Shown: positions 1 through 13,191, numbered from the stretch's first letter. The stretch: DNA of 64,000 nt from Phoronis australis (GCA_002633005.1 NMRA01000561.1:119860-183859), one strand, 5' to 3'. Numbers and translations are program-made. The notes: generated by a model from the letters alone, not told the origin.

Positions 1-756
1 TCTTCTCAAATGTTGTAGATTTCACGAAAAAGTGAGAGTGGAGTGGCGCGCGTGATCCATGAGAGTGGGCAATTGTATATTGCGACACTTCATTTTATTT
101 TTTAAATATTCCTGACAGAATTTGAAATGGGACCAAGTTATCCGACTATTACCCACATTCAGCTGCATCAGAGTAATAGTACATAGCCAGCACGTTGCAC
201 ACAAGAATTTAGTTGAGGTGCATGTAGGCATTGTAGGCTGGTACCTGGATAATCAGTTTGTCTAATAGATTATTATCATAGCCTTGGCTACAGAGTGCAG
301 CGTTCAATGGTCAACAACCATAGGGGTAATAATTGTGCTAGCACGGGAGCTTGAGGTTTTTTGTGATTACGGTAACAATATTGCTGTAACTCACTTTATG
401 CTAGCCTTATACTGACTTAAGCGTCAAAACACATTTTAGAGCTTAAGTACTAAAACTAATTTTGAACTGACCTGGGTATGTATATCGTACTGTCAATGCA
501 CCAGCAGTTGTATGATATAATATTTGGTTTTCCTCAATTTCTATAGTTGCTGGTTTATCACCCTTGGTAAATGACCAAAGTTGCCTTCTCAGCAGAATTA
601 ATGAAGCAGAATACTGGCTGATCTGCTTTCTTGCTTTAGGTTATAAAAGTCACATTTCTTGTCCGATTTTCAAAATTCAAAAAACTAACCACGTGTATCT
701 TTCACAAGTATTCAAATATCCTACTTAAAAACCTTCAAAATGTAAGTTTCTCGTAA

Positions 757-875
757 GGTTATTGTTTTTGCACTTTGTTAGTTTCACTCAACATTATTGT
801 TTTTGCACTTTGTAACTTTCCGTTGACGTTATTGTTTTCACACTTTATATGTTTCCCTAAACGTTAAAGTTTTTG
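757..875. repeat. Degenerate ~32-bp tandem repeat (3-4 copies)
   Basis: Recurring ttattgtttttgcactttgt units just before the exon acceptor. Confidence 0.6.
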
Positions 876-910
876 CTTGCAGCTGTGAATATTGTTAATG
901 GACTATACTG

Positions 911-1031
911 ATGGATCCAGCTGTTCCATTTATTGCACAGGAGGGAGAAAGTACATTCCAGTATGATGACACCCTCCCTTCACTCCCTGTACCGCCACTT
1001 CCTCAGACTCTTGACAAGTATCTGGACTCAG
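911..1031 (+). CDS. CROT: Carnitine O-octanoyltransferase, coding exon 1 of 14 (full CDS 911-31592, 1848 nt, 615 aa)
   Basis: ATG at 911 with in-frame TAA upstream at 896-898. Reads MDPAVPFIAQEGESTFQYDDTLPSLPVPPLPQTLDKYLDS, the TFQY..LPSLPVP N-terminal motif of carnitine acyltransferases. AG acceptor at 881-882, GT donor at 1032. Confidence 0.9.
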
Positions 1032-1195
1032 GTTAGAGTTAAAATACATTTCACGCCTGATCAACATGTTGTTCTAGGTCCAAATGATATTGTAGAGCTT
1101 AGAACAGCATTAAACCCGCACTTTCTGTCAAAATCTATGTGTTGATTTATGTCAGTAATTACCATTTTACTGAAAGAGGGACTTTGAGGAGGAAT

Positions 1196-1430
1196 GACCT
1201 GACAGTTTGGTAATTCTTGAGATGAAATTATGAGCTTGACGAAAGAAATAACAACTGTGTGTTCTTCCCATTGAAGACCTTGACAGTTTGTTATTTTTTT
1301 TGACAAAATTATGAGTTTGACCAAAGAAATAACATTTGTCTGTTCTTTCCATTGAGGACCTTGAAAGTTCGTTATTTGTATAGACGAAATTATGAGCTTG
1401 ACCAAAGAAATAACAACCATCTGTTCATCC
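1196..1430. repeat. ~78-bp tandem repeat, about 3 copies
   Basis: gaccttgacagttt...aaattatgagcttgaccaaagaaataaca recurs three times. Confidence 0.75.
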
Positions 1431-1651
1431 CGAGACCAGTGATCTTTTAAACTGAGACAGAACCAAGACCAAGTTTATAACTATATTTCTGTAAATCAAG
1501 GCATGTTTTTCACAGAAAGCACGATTTACATCCAACTTTGAGAACTACGATACATTCTCACCAATTTCCAACAAAAACAATTCCAAAAATTGTCTCTTTT
1601 TCATTTTCAAGTGATTTGAACATTGTTGTGAATGCCTACAATTTGTTAAAC

Positions 1652-1753
1652 ACTGCCAAGTGGTATCTATGGTACTAAACTTAAACGCTGCCAAGTGGTA
1701 TCTATGGTACTAAACTTAAATGCTGCCAAGTGGTATCTATGGTACTAAACTTA
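1652..1753. repeat. 35-bp tandem repeat x3
   Basis: ctgccaagtggtatctatggtactaaactta three times. Confidence 0.85.
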
Positions 1754-1780
1754 GACATGGAAAACTAATAATTTGGTGAC

Positions 1781-1903
1781 CTTTTATCATCAAAATGAAC
1801 ATGTCATGGAAAAATCAGAGTTCAATTTCAGGCTCCCCTAGGGATTCATGGGATCAATTAACAACCAATCTTTGGCACACCCAAATTGATTTCATTGAAC
1901 CCA
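1781..1903 (+). repeat. Left arm of a long-range inverted repeat (partner at ~9671-9791)
   Basis: cttttatcatcaaaa...ccctagggattcatgggatcaattaacaaccaatc...tttcattgaaccc is the reverse complement of 9671-9791. Confidence 0.75.
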
Positions 1904-2638
1904 ATCCTTGAGAAGTCTTGAATCGAGCGAGTTTGGGTACACCCATTTACTTTTTATTGCACCCAAGGCCAGTGACAAATCTGCATGTTTGAGTAAATCC
2001 ATTTCCATTTCGGTGTTCCAAAGACCACTGACTTATCGTAGCATGTTTGGGTATATCCATTTTCATTTCACTGTACCCAAGACCACTGACATATGCATGT
2101 TTTGGTACTCTGTAATTCATTTGACTGTAACTACCGGTACTTTTCTAATGTTTGAACCTAAGCTCATTGACGGATTTGGGTATCAGTCGATACCCCAAAA
2201 TCATGTGACTGATTCCAACATTGCATGAAAATTCATGTGACTCCAACCAACCACTGACAAATCTTTATGTAGGAGAGACTACAGAGCCAGAGCAATGACA
2301 TGCTTAATTCAGATGAATACCAAGACACAAGTCTTACCATAATGCAGCCCGTCTACTTAAAAAATGTGACTTGAGACTACAAGGTTACTTTGGTTCAGAA
2401 AACTACGTACACATTATGAACACCCAAAGTTTATTGCAGTGTGACCACCTTCACCAAAAAGGGCCATGAACACTTCAAATGTCTAAGCTACAGTGTAAAC
2501 AAATTACTGCAAGGTTCATTTCTACTTACTATTTCCCAGCAAAGTAGTGTTTTGCTTGACTTATATTCCACTGTACAGGTAACACTACTCATTTCTGTTT
2601 CTGTTGACAAAGGACGTTGTATCTGAAAATTTCAGTTG

Positions 2639-2879
2639 ATCCCATGTCTCATACATCCCGTGTCTCATACTTCCCATGTCTCATACATCCCGTGTCTCAT
2701 ACTTCCATGTCTCATACATCCCGTGTCTCATACTTCCCATGTCTCATACATCCCATGTCTCATACATCCCATGTCTCATACATCCCGTGTCTCATACTTC
2801 CCGTGTCTCATACATCCCATGTCTCATACATCCCGTGTCTCATACATCCCGTGTCTCATACATCCCGTGTCTCATACTT
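2639..2879. repeat. 16-bp minisatellite (cccRtgtctcatacWt), about 15 copies
   Basis: Direct reading of tandem units. Confidence 0.95.
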
Positions 2880-3006
2880 TTCAAGTCTCCATATACACTC
2901 AAACACAGATCTATAAATCATACAAATTATGGATTATCTAGTATTTTATGTATGGGTAAACAACAAAATTAATAATCCAGAACTGGTACAAAATCCATTG
3001 CTACCA

Positions 3007-4750
3007 ATATGTGACCCAGCACCACAAAATGAGTCTTAAGTAAGGATTTCTCATTTTTGTAATTGTTATTTTTTCTGAAAATACAGTATTTTCTGATCAT
3101 TTTGATGTATGAAACATGTCCTTATCTTAACAAATGGCCGAGTTATTGCCATTTCTAGTCGGGGAAAGCAAAAATTTAGGGCTTACATAGGTCAAGGAAA
3201 ATGGCAGAGAAAAAGTGCTGGTAGTGTCTTTAAAATTTTCCTAGCAACCTGCAATTGAGTTCTACGTTTTAGACCTATTAGTATACACAACAACATAAAC
3301 AAATAAAAGTAATAAAAAATTAGAAAAAAATAGTGACCTTATTGCGTAATTTTGGCCAAAAACGAGTGATATTCATGTTGGGTTACAGCAACTTGGTCAA
3401 TAAATTTCCAAGCTAGTGTAATACAGGATCAGTCCACTTGTGGCAGGAGGGGTTACCGCAAGTAAAAAAAGTATTTAAAGAATATTTTGGAGAAGTTTAA
3501 TAAAACACAAAGTCATGTAGATTACAATATACATATTGGGGACTGACTTTTGTTCACAATAACTCAAAATTTTACACTTGTGTAGCATAAATAATTTTGA
3601 AAATAAATGACCATGACTCACCCCTATCCAAGTCCTTCACTGACAACAAATGACGATGACTCACCCCTATCCAAGTCCTTCACTGACAATAAATGACCAT
3701 GACTCACCCCTATCCAAGTCCTTCACTGACAATAAATGACCATGACTCACCCCTATCCAAGTCCTTCACTGACAATAAATGACCATGACTCACCCCTATC
3801 CAAGTCCTTCACTGACAATTGCAGAGCAACGATTGCCTTGACACCACACTTACTTTTGCAGCCCTGTCGAAGATTGTTCTCTCTTGCATTAACTTTCAGC
3901 TGCTTGCACCCCGATCCACTGGCTTTGCAGGAAAAGACGTTGTTCTGCAATTAAGCTAACCCGGACTGTTTTCCTTAAGTTCTGCTTGTTCCAATCCAAC
4001 GTAACCGTATTCACGGTGGGTTGATCATGAAACTCATCTTGCGATGAGTTGAAGTCGTCGCTGCCATGAAATTCGTCCTTGTCTCCATTCACAAATGTGC
4101 TGTACGATGAGTTCAGTTAATTCTTGCTAATCTTGATACGGCAGTCAGCGGCAAGAGTTAATCATATATCATCTACTCGACGATGAGCCTTCTTAGTGTC
4201 TTGTCAACGTTCCGTGACCTAGCTCGCGACCTCACAATTTTATGCCCACTTGACTAGTTCTAGCAAATGAGGTCAGCGATGTATTAGGTTAGTAGGTCGT
4301 TCCTAGCTAAAAGACTGGTGAGTGGCACTTCTGTTGAATTTACCCCGAATGCAAAAAGTGAAATTACGACTAATGATCGGACGAATAACTCAATGAGCTT
4401 GCTACATGCATAATGAGCAGAGTTTGACCTTTCTGTTGGTGTCTTTAGGAGGGAATTGGGTCATCGGGTGATTGAGGAATGCGGTCACGAAAACTGGCAA
4501 ATTTTGACAAAAATTTCACGAGCTATCCAGTTGTGGAGAATTAGGTGATGTTTTTCAAAATGAAACATATAAGGCTTAAAATAAAGTTTGCTTGTTTTAA
4601 AACCATGTTTTGTGAAGTAGAATGATTAAATAATCGTAATCTGCAATAAAAAAAATTTGACCTAATTTTCACCGAAAGCGACTGTTTGCAGTCTAGTCAG
4701 GAAATATGATTCGCGACTTAAGACTCATTTTGTCGTGTTGGGTTACATAT
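3007..4750. mobile_element. Non-autonomous TIR DNA transposon (~1.74 kb), superfamily unassigned
   Basis: Left end atatgtgacccagcaccacaaaatgagtcttaagt; right end, reverse-complemented, atatgtaacccaacacgacaaaatgagtcttaagt. Confidence 0.75.
3602..3816. repeat. 43-bp tandem repeat x5 inside the TIR element
   Basis: aataaatgaccatgactcacccctatccaagtccttcactgac, head-to-tail with no spacers. Confidence 0.95.
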
Positions 4751-6174
4751 ATATTTTTTCTCTTCTTATTCCTAATCTTCAAATTTAAACACATTCCATT
4801 TACTTTGTATACGTTATGAACAAAAAATCTTATAAAAATCATTTGTCAGATGTTGATAATCAAACCTGTCCTTTACCTTTTCAATTACTGCACAGACCAC
4901 TGGACCACCAAAATATTTTGCAAAAGGTGGACTACATCGCCCCTAGGCTACAAAATTCCTGATACCCAGTAATTGTCATTTGGCGTAGAGCTGAAATCAG
5001 GTGTACGTGGGCTAATCCTGGTTAGTTTTTTACCATTCACATGAATGGAAACATCATTGCCTTTGTTGACAAAGTAGCACTTTGACACCTTGGCTACTGT
5101 GTTGTTAGTTAGAGTGTAGTTCAAATCAAGTTATCTGTCTTTCTTCTTTCATATTTTGGTGGAACAGGTGCTGTTGGGCAGAAAACTAAACTTAATGCTC
5201 ATTCCAGGCTCAGACAGACTCATTTCTTACACAAAGGTGCAATAATCAATCAGTTCATTTTTATTTCATATCAGTTATTCACTTTTTGATACAAAAATGT
5301 TCTAATATTTATTTACACTCATGTTACCCTGGCTTGAACAGTACTTTTCCCTATCACCTAAACACCAGTATAAAGGTTTGCTTTGCTTGCAGTTGCAGTT
5401 TCTTCAAAATTGGTTAATGACACTGCCTTACTGATGCTGGACACTGATATTATGACAAGAATTCTTGTTAGGTAATCCCATTCATACTAACAGCAGTGTG
5501 TTGAATCCCAAAAATGTATGCTTGGTTTGGGGCCACCATTCAGGGTGGGGGGGGCTGTATGTGGACTAAAACTATTGACATTTTAGGGGCCTGCCATGAA
5601 TGTGAGCTAAGAAAACCTGACTGCTTTTATATGTGCCAATTGTTGGCAATAGAAGTTGTCTCCCTAGATCTTTTGAAAAGCCTGGACATTGAGACTCCCA
5701 TTGTCAAACAGCCTAGACATCATTCAACACAACTTTTGTTGATTTGTGTATTACCTAACTGTTGCAGCTCTAACTGGGGTGGTGTATGTTCTATGGTAAC
5801 CTAGATGTTAGTTGATTACCCTGCTCCACTTTTCAGGACTTGTTCAACTCTATATGTCAGGGTTCACAAATCCTAAATTGCTAAAACCTCACTGAGGTTA
5901 TGTTGGGCATTGTCAACAAATCTGCACATTTCATCAAATATTTTCTGATTGCCTGGCCACCCTGAATGTTCGTGGCGTGATCTCCAATTTTCTGGCTATT
6001 CTCATTTGTTAGTGCACATAGTTGTGTTGAGTCAATAGAAAACATCATAGCCCCATTCTGCATCTAGTAGTGATGAAAGAGGATGAGTAATAAATAGTGC
6101 ACTGCCGTGAACATTCAAGTTAACATCCATGCTCACGTAAGCACCTACTGCTCGGCTATGTGCTGCTCCGTGAC

Positions 6175-7165
6175 TTTTTTTTTTTTTTTTTTTTTTTTTN
6201 NNNNNNNNNNNNNNNNNNNNNNNNNNNNNNNNNNNNNNNNNNNNNNNNNNNNNNNNNNNNNNNNNNNNNNNNNNNNNNNNNNNNNNNNNNNNNNNNNNNN
6301 NNNNNNNNNNNNNNNNNNNNNNNNNNNNNNNNNNNNNNNNNNNNNNNNNNNNNNNNNNNNNNNNNNNNNNNNNNNNNNNNNNNNNNNNNNNNNNNNNNNN
6401 NNNNNNNNNNNNNNNNNNNNNNNNNNNNNNNNNNNNNNNNNNNNNNNNNNNNNNNNNNNNNNNNNNNNNNNNNNNNNNNNNNNNNNNNNNNNNNNNNNNN
6501 NNNNNNNNNNNNNNNNNNNNNNNNNNNNNNNNNNNNNNNNNNNNNNNNNNNNNNNNNNNNNNNNNNNNNNNNNNNNNNNNNNNNNNNNNNNNNNNNNNNN
6601 NNNNNNNNNNNNNNNNNNNNNNNNNNNNNNNNNNNNNNNNNNNNNNNNNNNNNNNNNNNNNNNNNNNNNNNNNNNNNNNNNNNNNNNNNNNNNNNNNNNN
6701 NNNNNNNNNNNNNNNNNNNNNNNNNNNNNNNNNNNNNNNNNNNNNNNNNNNNNNNNNNNNNNNNNNNNNNNNNNNNNNNNNNNNNNNNNNNNNNNNNNNN
6801 NNNNNNNNNNNNNNNNNNNNNNNNNNNNNNNNNNNNNNNNNNNNNNATCACCATCAGAGGTATACATATCTCTAATAAATCTCAAGCCTTTTACAAACCA
6901 AGGCTTATAAAAAACACCTGTGCCTCCGATCGCCAAGTTACTATTAAACCACAAAGGTTGGTTCAAAAAGTCCTCTTTACTTGCAACAATTATTTTCTTG
7001 TAGAAAGATAACATACTTTCAAATACGTCGCGCCAGTAGGAATTACCAATTAGAGTTAACTTCGACTTAATAAAGTCATCTCCAAATGAAGCAAAATTCT
7101 TTAAGAACGGGTAGAGTGCGTACAGTAATTCACCACTTTTAGACGCAGGGCTTTCCAGATATCTA
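6175..7165 (-). mobile_element. 5'-truncated L1/Tx1-clade LINE spanning the assembly gap
   Basis: Poly-T at 6175-6199 is the poly-A tail. Minus-strand PLWFNSNLAIGGTGVFYKPWFVKGLRFIRDM matches the LINE at 44207-45994. TSD tccgtgacttttt at 6167-6179 and 7166-7178. Confidence 0.8.
6200..6846. other. Assembly gap (N run)
   Basis: Run of n. Confidence 1.
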
Positions 7166-9265
7166 TCCGTGACTTTTTACACCTACTTCAGATAAATGCC
7201 TACTCCTCAATTAAACGTTTATCCCGTACTTATGAGGATTTTTGATGAAGTGCCCGGAGCTCAGATAAAGCGCAATTCCCTGACTTTGATGCAATGAAAA
7301 ATCGTCTTTCTGAATGACTAACTCATAACACGTGGGATTTTGTGCATTGGTTTCCAGTTTTGTCTTCGAAATACTGTCGATGTTGCACACTTTTGTCTAC
7401 AAATTCTTCATTCTGAATGACGGGGTGATACGGGGGGGGGGGGGGGGGGGGAAGNTAGCCTCTTTCGCAGTGCATTATAAAATGTCTGGGCTGTTGAAAT
7501 TGACTCTTACCAGGTATAAAGTCTACCACAGTCTCATACTATGCTACAATACATTTATTCTTCAAAAGAACTTTTTTTCTCACATCTTTAAAAGCCAATC
7601 CCCTGCCATGTTCACATCCGAAGCTTATTTAGTAACGGACACTTGTACACACTACTATCTGTGGTTGACCTCTTTTTTCATACATGGCAGTATTTAAGGA
7701 AGATAACTTGTATTTTTTAAAAGTCAGGCTGAACCAGGAGCATTAATGTTACATTTTTATCTATCATTTCTCATTAATTGTGTACTAATTCATTGTATTT
7801 GTGTAAGCTTGCAGTGTTTGATTAGATTTAAGGATACAAAATAATAAAACACAATATATATGTATACAACCAGGTATGAATATCATGCGTGAAAATTTAA
7901 TCTCATTTATCTTGGGTAAAGTGCAAAAACGTAATGTCTTTAGTGATAGCTAGTTTTTCGAATTCAATTTTTGTTGAGTGTGATGAAATTAGATGGGTGT
8001 GAATTGGGTGCGTAACCCTTCTCCACAAGACATTTTAATTAAAGCAGAATATCCTTTAGAATTACTGCATTTTGTAGTATTTTACTAGGAGTATCCACAA
8101 TTGCCAAGCATAAGTTATCTCTAGTCAAACAGCACAGGCTTCTTACATGCTCCTATACATACATATGTTAGCTATAAGGTTGAAGAAGAAGGAAGTTTTA
8201 GTCACAGGTAGTGGAAATAGTGGAGGTTATTGGGGATGACAGTCATGAGGTGGCATCAGGGATCTTCAATCACGTCCTTCAACGTGCTCACCTGACCAGT
8301 GAATGGGTAAACGCACTCAACAGGAAAGATGGCATCACAGCTTCCAGTTAACCAGAAAAAACCAATCTTCCAAAGGATGTCAAAGCCAGACTGTGGAACA
8401 TGAATTAGATCCAGAGACTATTTAGATGTTGGATATCAACTTTTCTGCTCATAGTGTCTCGCTAGATTCGATAGTGGCTAAAAAACAATAGCGGAATTCA
8501 GTCATTTTCTCTCATAAAATCGGTCTCATAATATTCGTTTCCGCTATAGGATTCTATTTTCATCCCCAAACATACCCATTGTCTATGACTGGAGTTGGTA
8601 ATGGAATTGGAAATGCAATCCTATCACAGTAAAAGGCATGTTACATAACAAACTTGTGTGAAAGTAAAAGGCCTACTTCAAATGTTTGTGTTTTGGCCCC
8701 CTGCAATCCAGAACAAGTGGCCTGCAACTGAAAGTAATTTCTTTGTGTTGAGCCTGTAAGCCAAGGCCACATTTATTGTAGAATCCTATCCAGGCCATCT
8801 TGTGAAATAACGGTTGTACTAATAGTATGATTGTGGCATGAGAGTATATGAAAACTCTTGAAGTTAGGTTGTAATATTCCTGCAGCTGTTGTAAGAATCT
8901 GACATGATTGTCGATTATGTAATGGTGAGTTTTTTTCTTAATTCAGGTCCAATTATGAACAATGTGCTTGTGAGCAGAAATACCGTGAAATGGAAGGTTT
9001 CATTTAGCCAGATAAAATCTGTTTTTTTATTTTGCAATTCCTAAATGCGTCAGTGTTTCTAATTTATGTTATCTGTGTTTTGAATAATACGTACAAAGTG
9101 ACAGATGTATTCCTACTCGCATACAACGGATGTTTGGCTATGTTTCTAGGTTAAAAAATATAACAATCTGAGACAATAAAAATGAATTTTGCTTTGCACT
9201 GATTTTGCACACACGCAGTTCACACATTCGACATGTTGGACTGATTGATTATTTTCCTTTAATCA

Positions 9266-9268
<3 letters not shown>

Positions 9269-9309
<41 letters not shown>
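9269..9309. repeat. (AT)n microsatellite
   Basis: Direct reading. Confidence 0.95.
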
Positions 9310-9312
<3 letters not shown>

Positions 9313-9670
9313 GTTTATATGCAGATGTGGGGTTATTATCTGAAACCTTGAAGTGGGGTAAAATTTTGAGACCTTGTTCCGGGGTATATATAAAATATAT
9401 AGCCCGCAACTATATATGCCCCATTGGGTATATGCTCCGGAACNTGTGCTCACCACACTTACAAGTATTTCAAAGATGAGTGAATGAAGTCAAATGTGTG
9501 TGTACCCAAACATTAAAAAATCGTCTGATTTCAACCTGTTTTGGGTTCAGTGAAATGAACATGGGTATTGGATGTACCTGAACTTTCTAACAAGAAGACA
9601 TGTCTGCGTCATGGGTACAGTGAAATGGAAATGGATGTACCCAAGATTTCTTAGAAATATCTGATATCAT

Positions 9671-9791
9671 GGGTTCAATGAAATCAGTTCAGGTTGTCCC
9701 AAGATTGGTTGTTAATTGATCCCATGAATCCCTAGGGAGCCTGAAATTGAACAATGATTTTTCCATGACATGCTCGTTTTGATGATAAAAG
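9671..9791 (-). repeat. Right arm of the long-range inverted repeat (partner at 1781-1903)
   Basis: gggttcaatgaaatc...gattggttgttaattgatcccatgaatccctaggg...gatgataaaag. Confidence 0.75.
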
Positions 9792-10275
9792 TTAATTTCA
9801 AATAATAAAAAAATTCATTATATTAGTTTCTTTCATGAAAAAAATGAAAGTAAAATTTTACATTTCTGCAATATTGTGGTGAGATTGTATCTTAACTGAA
9901 GCTGAGGAGCTGTTTATTGAAGTTTTGTTGTACGGTGAGTTTTCACAAGCAGAACCCCCAGTTGTATATCCATGGGTTTGAACGTTTTTCCAATGAAAAT
10001 GAACAGTGTCAGCTTTATTCACATTTGTAGGAATTGCAAGTAGGCAAGCAGTCATTGTGACCAACTTTATGATTCATTTTTTGTTAAGAACACTTGTTCT
10101 GGATTGTACACCCATACTCACTATTAGGATATCAAAAAGGTAAAAAACATGCCATTTTTCCAATGTATGCCCTGCATGCTCAGACTTAAGTTTACCTTGC
10201 ATCCCTTCTGAAAAGCTTTGTTGGTAAAATGACAAATGTAAAAATGTCGAAAGATGACAATTTCCTTTCTTTCAG

Positions 10276-10400
10276 TGAAACCTCATGTTACTACATCTGA
10301 GTATGAGGAAACAGAAAGAATTGTCAAAGAGTTTGGTAACGGAGTTGGCAAGGTCCTTCATGAGAAGCTGGTAGCAAGATCCAAGGTTGAGCGAAACTGG
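10276..10400 (+). CDS. CROT: CROT coding exon 2
   Basis: AG/GT-bounded and phase-consistent; VKPHVTTSEYEETERIVKEFGNGVGKVLHEKLVARSKVERNW. Confidence 0.93.
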
Positions 10401-12121
10401 GTAATATTTCATTATCATGTTTTTTGTTCATGCACTCCTGGTCGTGGCGTTAACAAGTGATTTTTCTACAGCTCTGAGGGGTAGTGGTGGCTTATCAGGA
10501 TGCGTTGTAGACCTCTCAGCTGGGTTAGTTTTATCATAGGTCAAAAGTCCAGGTATGGCTAATACCCTGTTCACTAACAGGTCCTAAATGATGACATTTT
10601 CTCTAGCACTTGCGCTTGCTGTGAAACTACCAGCAATGTAAGTGGTTACAACTATAAGGGTCACTTTTGCTGGTGGGCTGAGTTATGTACCCCATAATGG
10701 CTAGTATTTCAAGTAACACTTTGATTGCCAGATTGTTTATTTACTTCGAAGGACACGCTTGTGCAAAGTATACATTCCTTTGTTAATAGCACTGTTTTAG
10801 TCAATCACTGCAATGACTAAATGTGCATTGACATCAATTTTAGCTTTAAAATAGATTCGGATGACGAGGAATCAAACTGACTGAAATTTAGTTTAATGTG
10901 GACATTGGCCCTGCTTGGCTAAAACGGCGTTTTGGCCAATGAAAAACTGCTGAGACACCGGGCTAGATGCTTGGCATAATGTCAACTCACTAAATGAGAC
11001 CTGGCAAAATTCCCAGGTCAGACACTGGGAAATTAGTCCATCAAAAGAAGAAAAACACTGTGTGTGGTGGTGCAAAAGACTTGGCATCAGTAAGCCATTC
11101 AGTTGTAATGAAAAAAATCTGAATAGAAAATATGAGGCTATTGGGCAAATGTGTTTCACAACTCCCAAAAATACCCAGGCTGTGTTTTCTAAGTTGAATG
11201 GAAGATTAGGATATGTGATCTCAGTGATGGCGAGTTTACCCCTAACTGCCATTGAAGCTTGATATCTCACCCACCCTCAGCTAAGGAGGAGCAGTTAATC
11301 AACACGCATTGTCTGTACATTTGTCATGAACAGGTCATTCCATTCTTTTCCCAAACTGACTTCCTGTACTATTTTGAGAACACATATCACAGACGTTTGC
11401 ACAATATTGTGGCAACTTTGTGGTGAGTTTTCCAGGATTTCAACCAAATAAAATCTAAGGTCATATTGGTTAGCTGCAGGTTGTCAAATTTAGCCTTGTA
11501 ATATTTTTGCCACTCTTATGAGCCTGATGTCATAGAGAATTGCAAATGCGTCATTGCATTTTTCATGAGAGTGTAATGTTGCAGATTTCATGAAATTGAT
11601 TATGTTTCGCATTCAATTTTAACAACCTATACGCACCATGTTAATTAATGAGTGGGACTTAAAATGGAAGTTGTAACCATCTTAACGAAGACCTTCTTGG
11701 ATAAAATGGGCCCTGGTATGTTAATCTTCTTAAATATTCCCAAAGTGTGTCAGAAGGTAATCATACAAACCTTAATGGGTCACTTAACTCTTACGTCAAA
11801 ACAGTGCCACGTGACTTGACCATACCATGATAGAATTTTAAGAATTTATATGACTGAAAAGGTCACTCATGACCTCAGCTTGCAAAAAATGGTCAAAAGC
11901 CGTCATATTAAGAGTGCTGGCCAACACTTGCGAAATTGAGTGGCTTGTTCATAGATCTTCTGATACCATGGAAAAGTATTGTGGACACGTGCTTTAATTG
12001 GACTTGCCTTTATTCAACTTATTTCTTGCTTTTAATGTCTAGGCTGCAATCAAATAAATGCCCCTTTGATTGACAAATATAATATTAAACTCGTTATACC
12101 ATCCTTCTTCTTAACATCCAG

Positions 12122-12303
12122 CTTGAGAAATGGTGGGAAGACCATGCGTATCTGGAGAGTAGGTATCCCATATCTCCCTTTGTCAACTGTGGTGGCCCGG
12201 GACCGTACATTGACTACACCCTACCCCCCAGGAGTGGCACTCAGCTGGAAAGAGGTGCTCTTATTCTCTATTATCAGCTCAAGTACTGGCAGCTTCTGCG
12301 CAG
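12122..12303 (+). CDS. CROT: CROT coding exon 3
   Basis: LEKWWEDHAYLESRYP...GTQLERGALILYYQLKYWQLLR; cag/gtgagt boundaries. Confidence 0.93.
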
Positions 12304-13063
12304 GTGAGTCATGCTAGTTATCATTCCAGTGTTACCATGGAGACAATAAAGTCAAAAGAACAATATTTTGCTGTTATCTTTGCTGAAAATTCAAAATCAA
12401 CTTTTATCTGAGACATGTCATGTTGGAATTTGACTTATTGTTGCACTGGCATTTATGGACAATGCCTGTAACATTAGAGTATTAAGTCAGTTTGCCTAGC
12501 TTAATTCTTATTGTTAACACTTGGAATTATGTCATTGTGTTTAAAACAAGTTGGACATTTGGTCAGTTGCACTCAATGCAACATTTCAGTCATTGTATCC
12601 ATATTTAATAGTTGTCAGGGGAACAATGCCTGAATTGACAGTTCAGGGTAGGCCAAGATTGTTTTGGGATTGGCACTGCTCTTTTCTGAGAATTCAAATG
12701 TCCTTGTGCAAACAGGTTTTCACAATGAGCTCCACCACCCACATGTGGCTAATAAAGGGTTTTTATGGCTTGGAATTTCGGTTTGTGAATGATTCAGAAG
12801 TTGGGACGTTGTTGCTTGATGTTTCAGTGAAGTTGTAATCTGCTTTCTTTAGCAATTTTGATTCAGGCTTTAATTGTTTCAGTGAAGATGAAATTTCAGA
12901 CATTTGAGATATGTTTAATTCAATGTGATGAAGCAGAGTTTAAAATTAAAACATCTTGATAAATTCTACATTCTGTACCATATTTTATACTTTTCCTAAC
13001 CTGTCTGATTCTACCCACTGACTTTGCCATGCAGTTTTACTTGTACTATTTGTGTGCTTCCAG

Positions 13064-13191
13064 CGAGACACTTCGTGTAGACAGGGGATCGGACAAGTCT
13101 GTGTGGGCCATGAACACATTCCGTAGACTGTTCAACTGTTGTAGAATACCTGGGGAAACAATGGACTCGCTGTGTGAATATTTCAAAACAG
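13064..13191 (+). CDS. CROT: CROT coding exon 4
   Basis: ETLRVDRGSDKSVWAMNTFRRLFNCCRIPGETMDSLCEYFKT; AG/GT. Confidence 0.92.

Noticed and set aside
2617-2972. Three overlapping His/Ser/Pro-rich ORFs
   Set aside because: They are translations of a stop-free 16-bp minisatellite within a CROT intron.
3602-3816. CRISPR-like array
   Set aside because: The 43-bp units are head-to-tail with no unique spacers, there are no cas genes, and the context is eukaryotic. It is a minisatellite.
6107-7014. Long ORFs of 232-289 aa
   Set aside because: Artefacts of reading through the N gap; only the short LINE-derived part is real.
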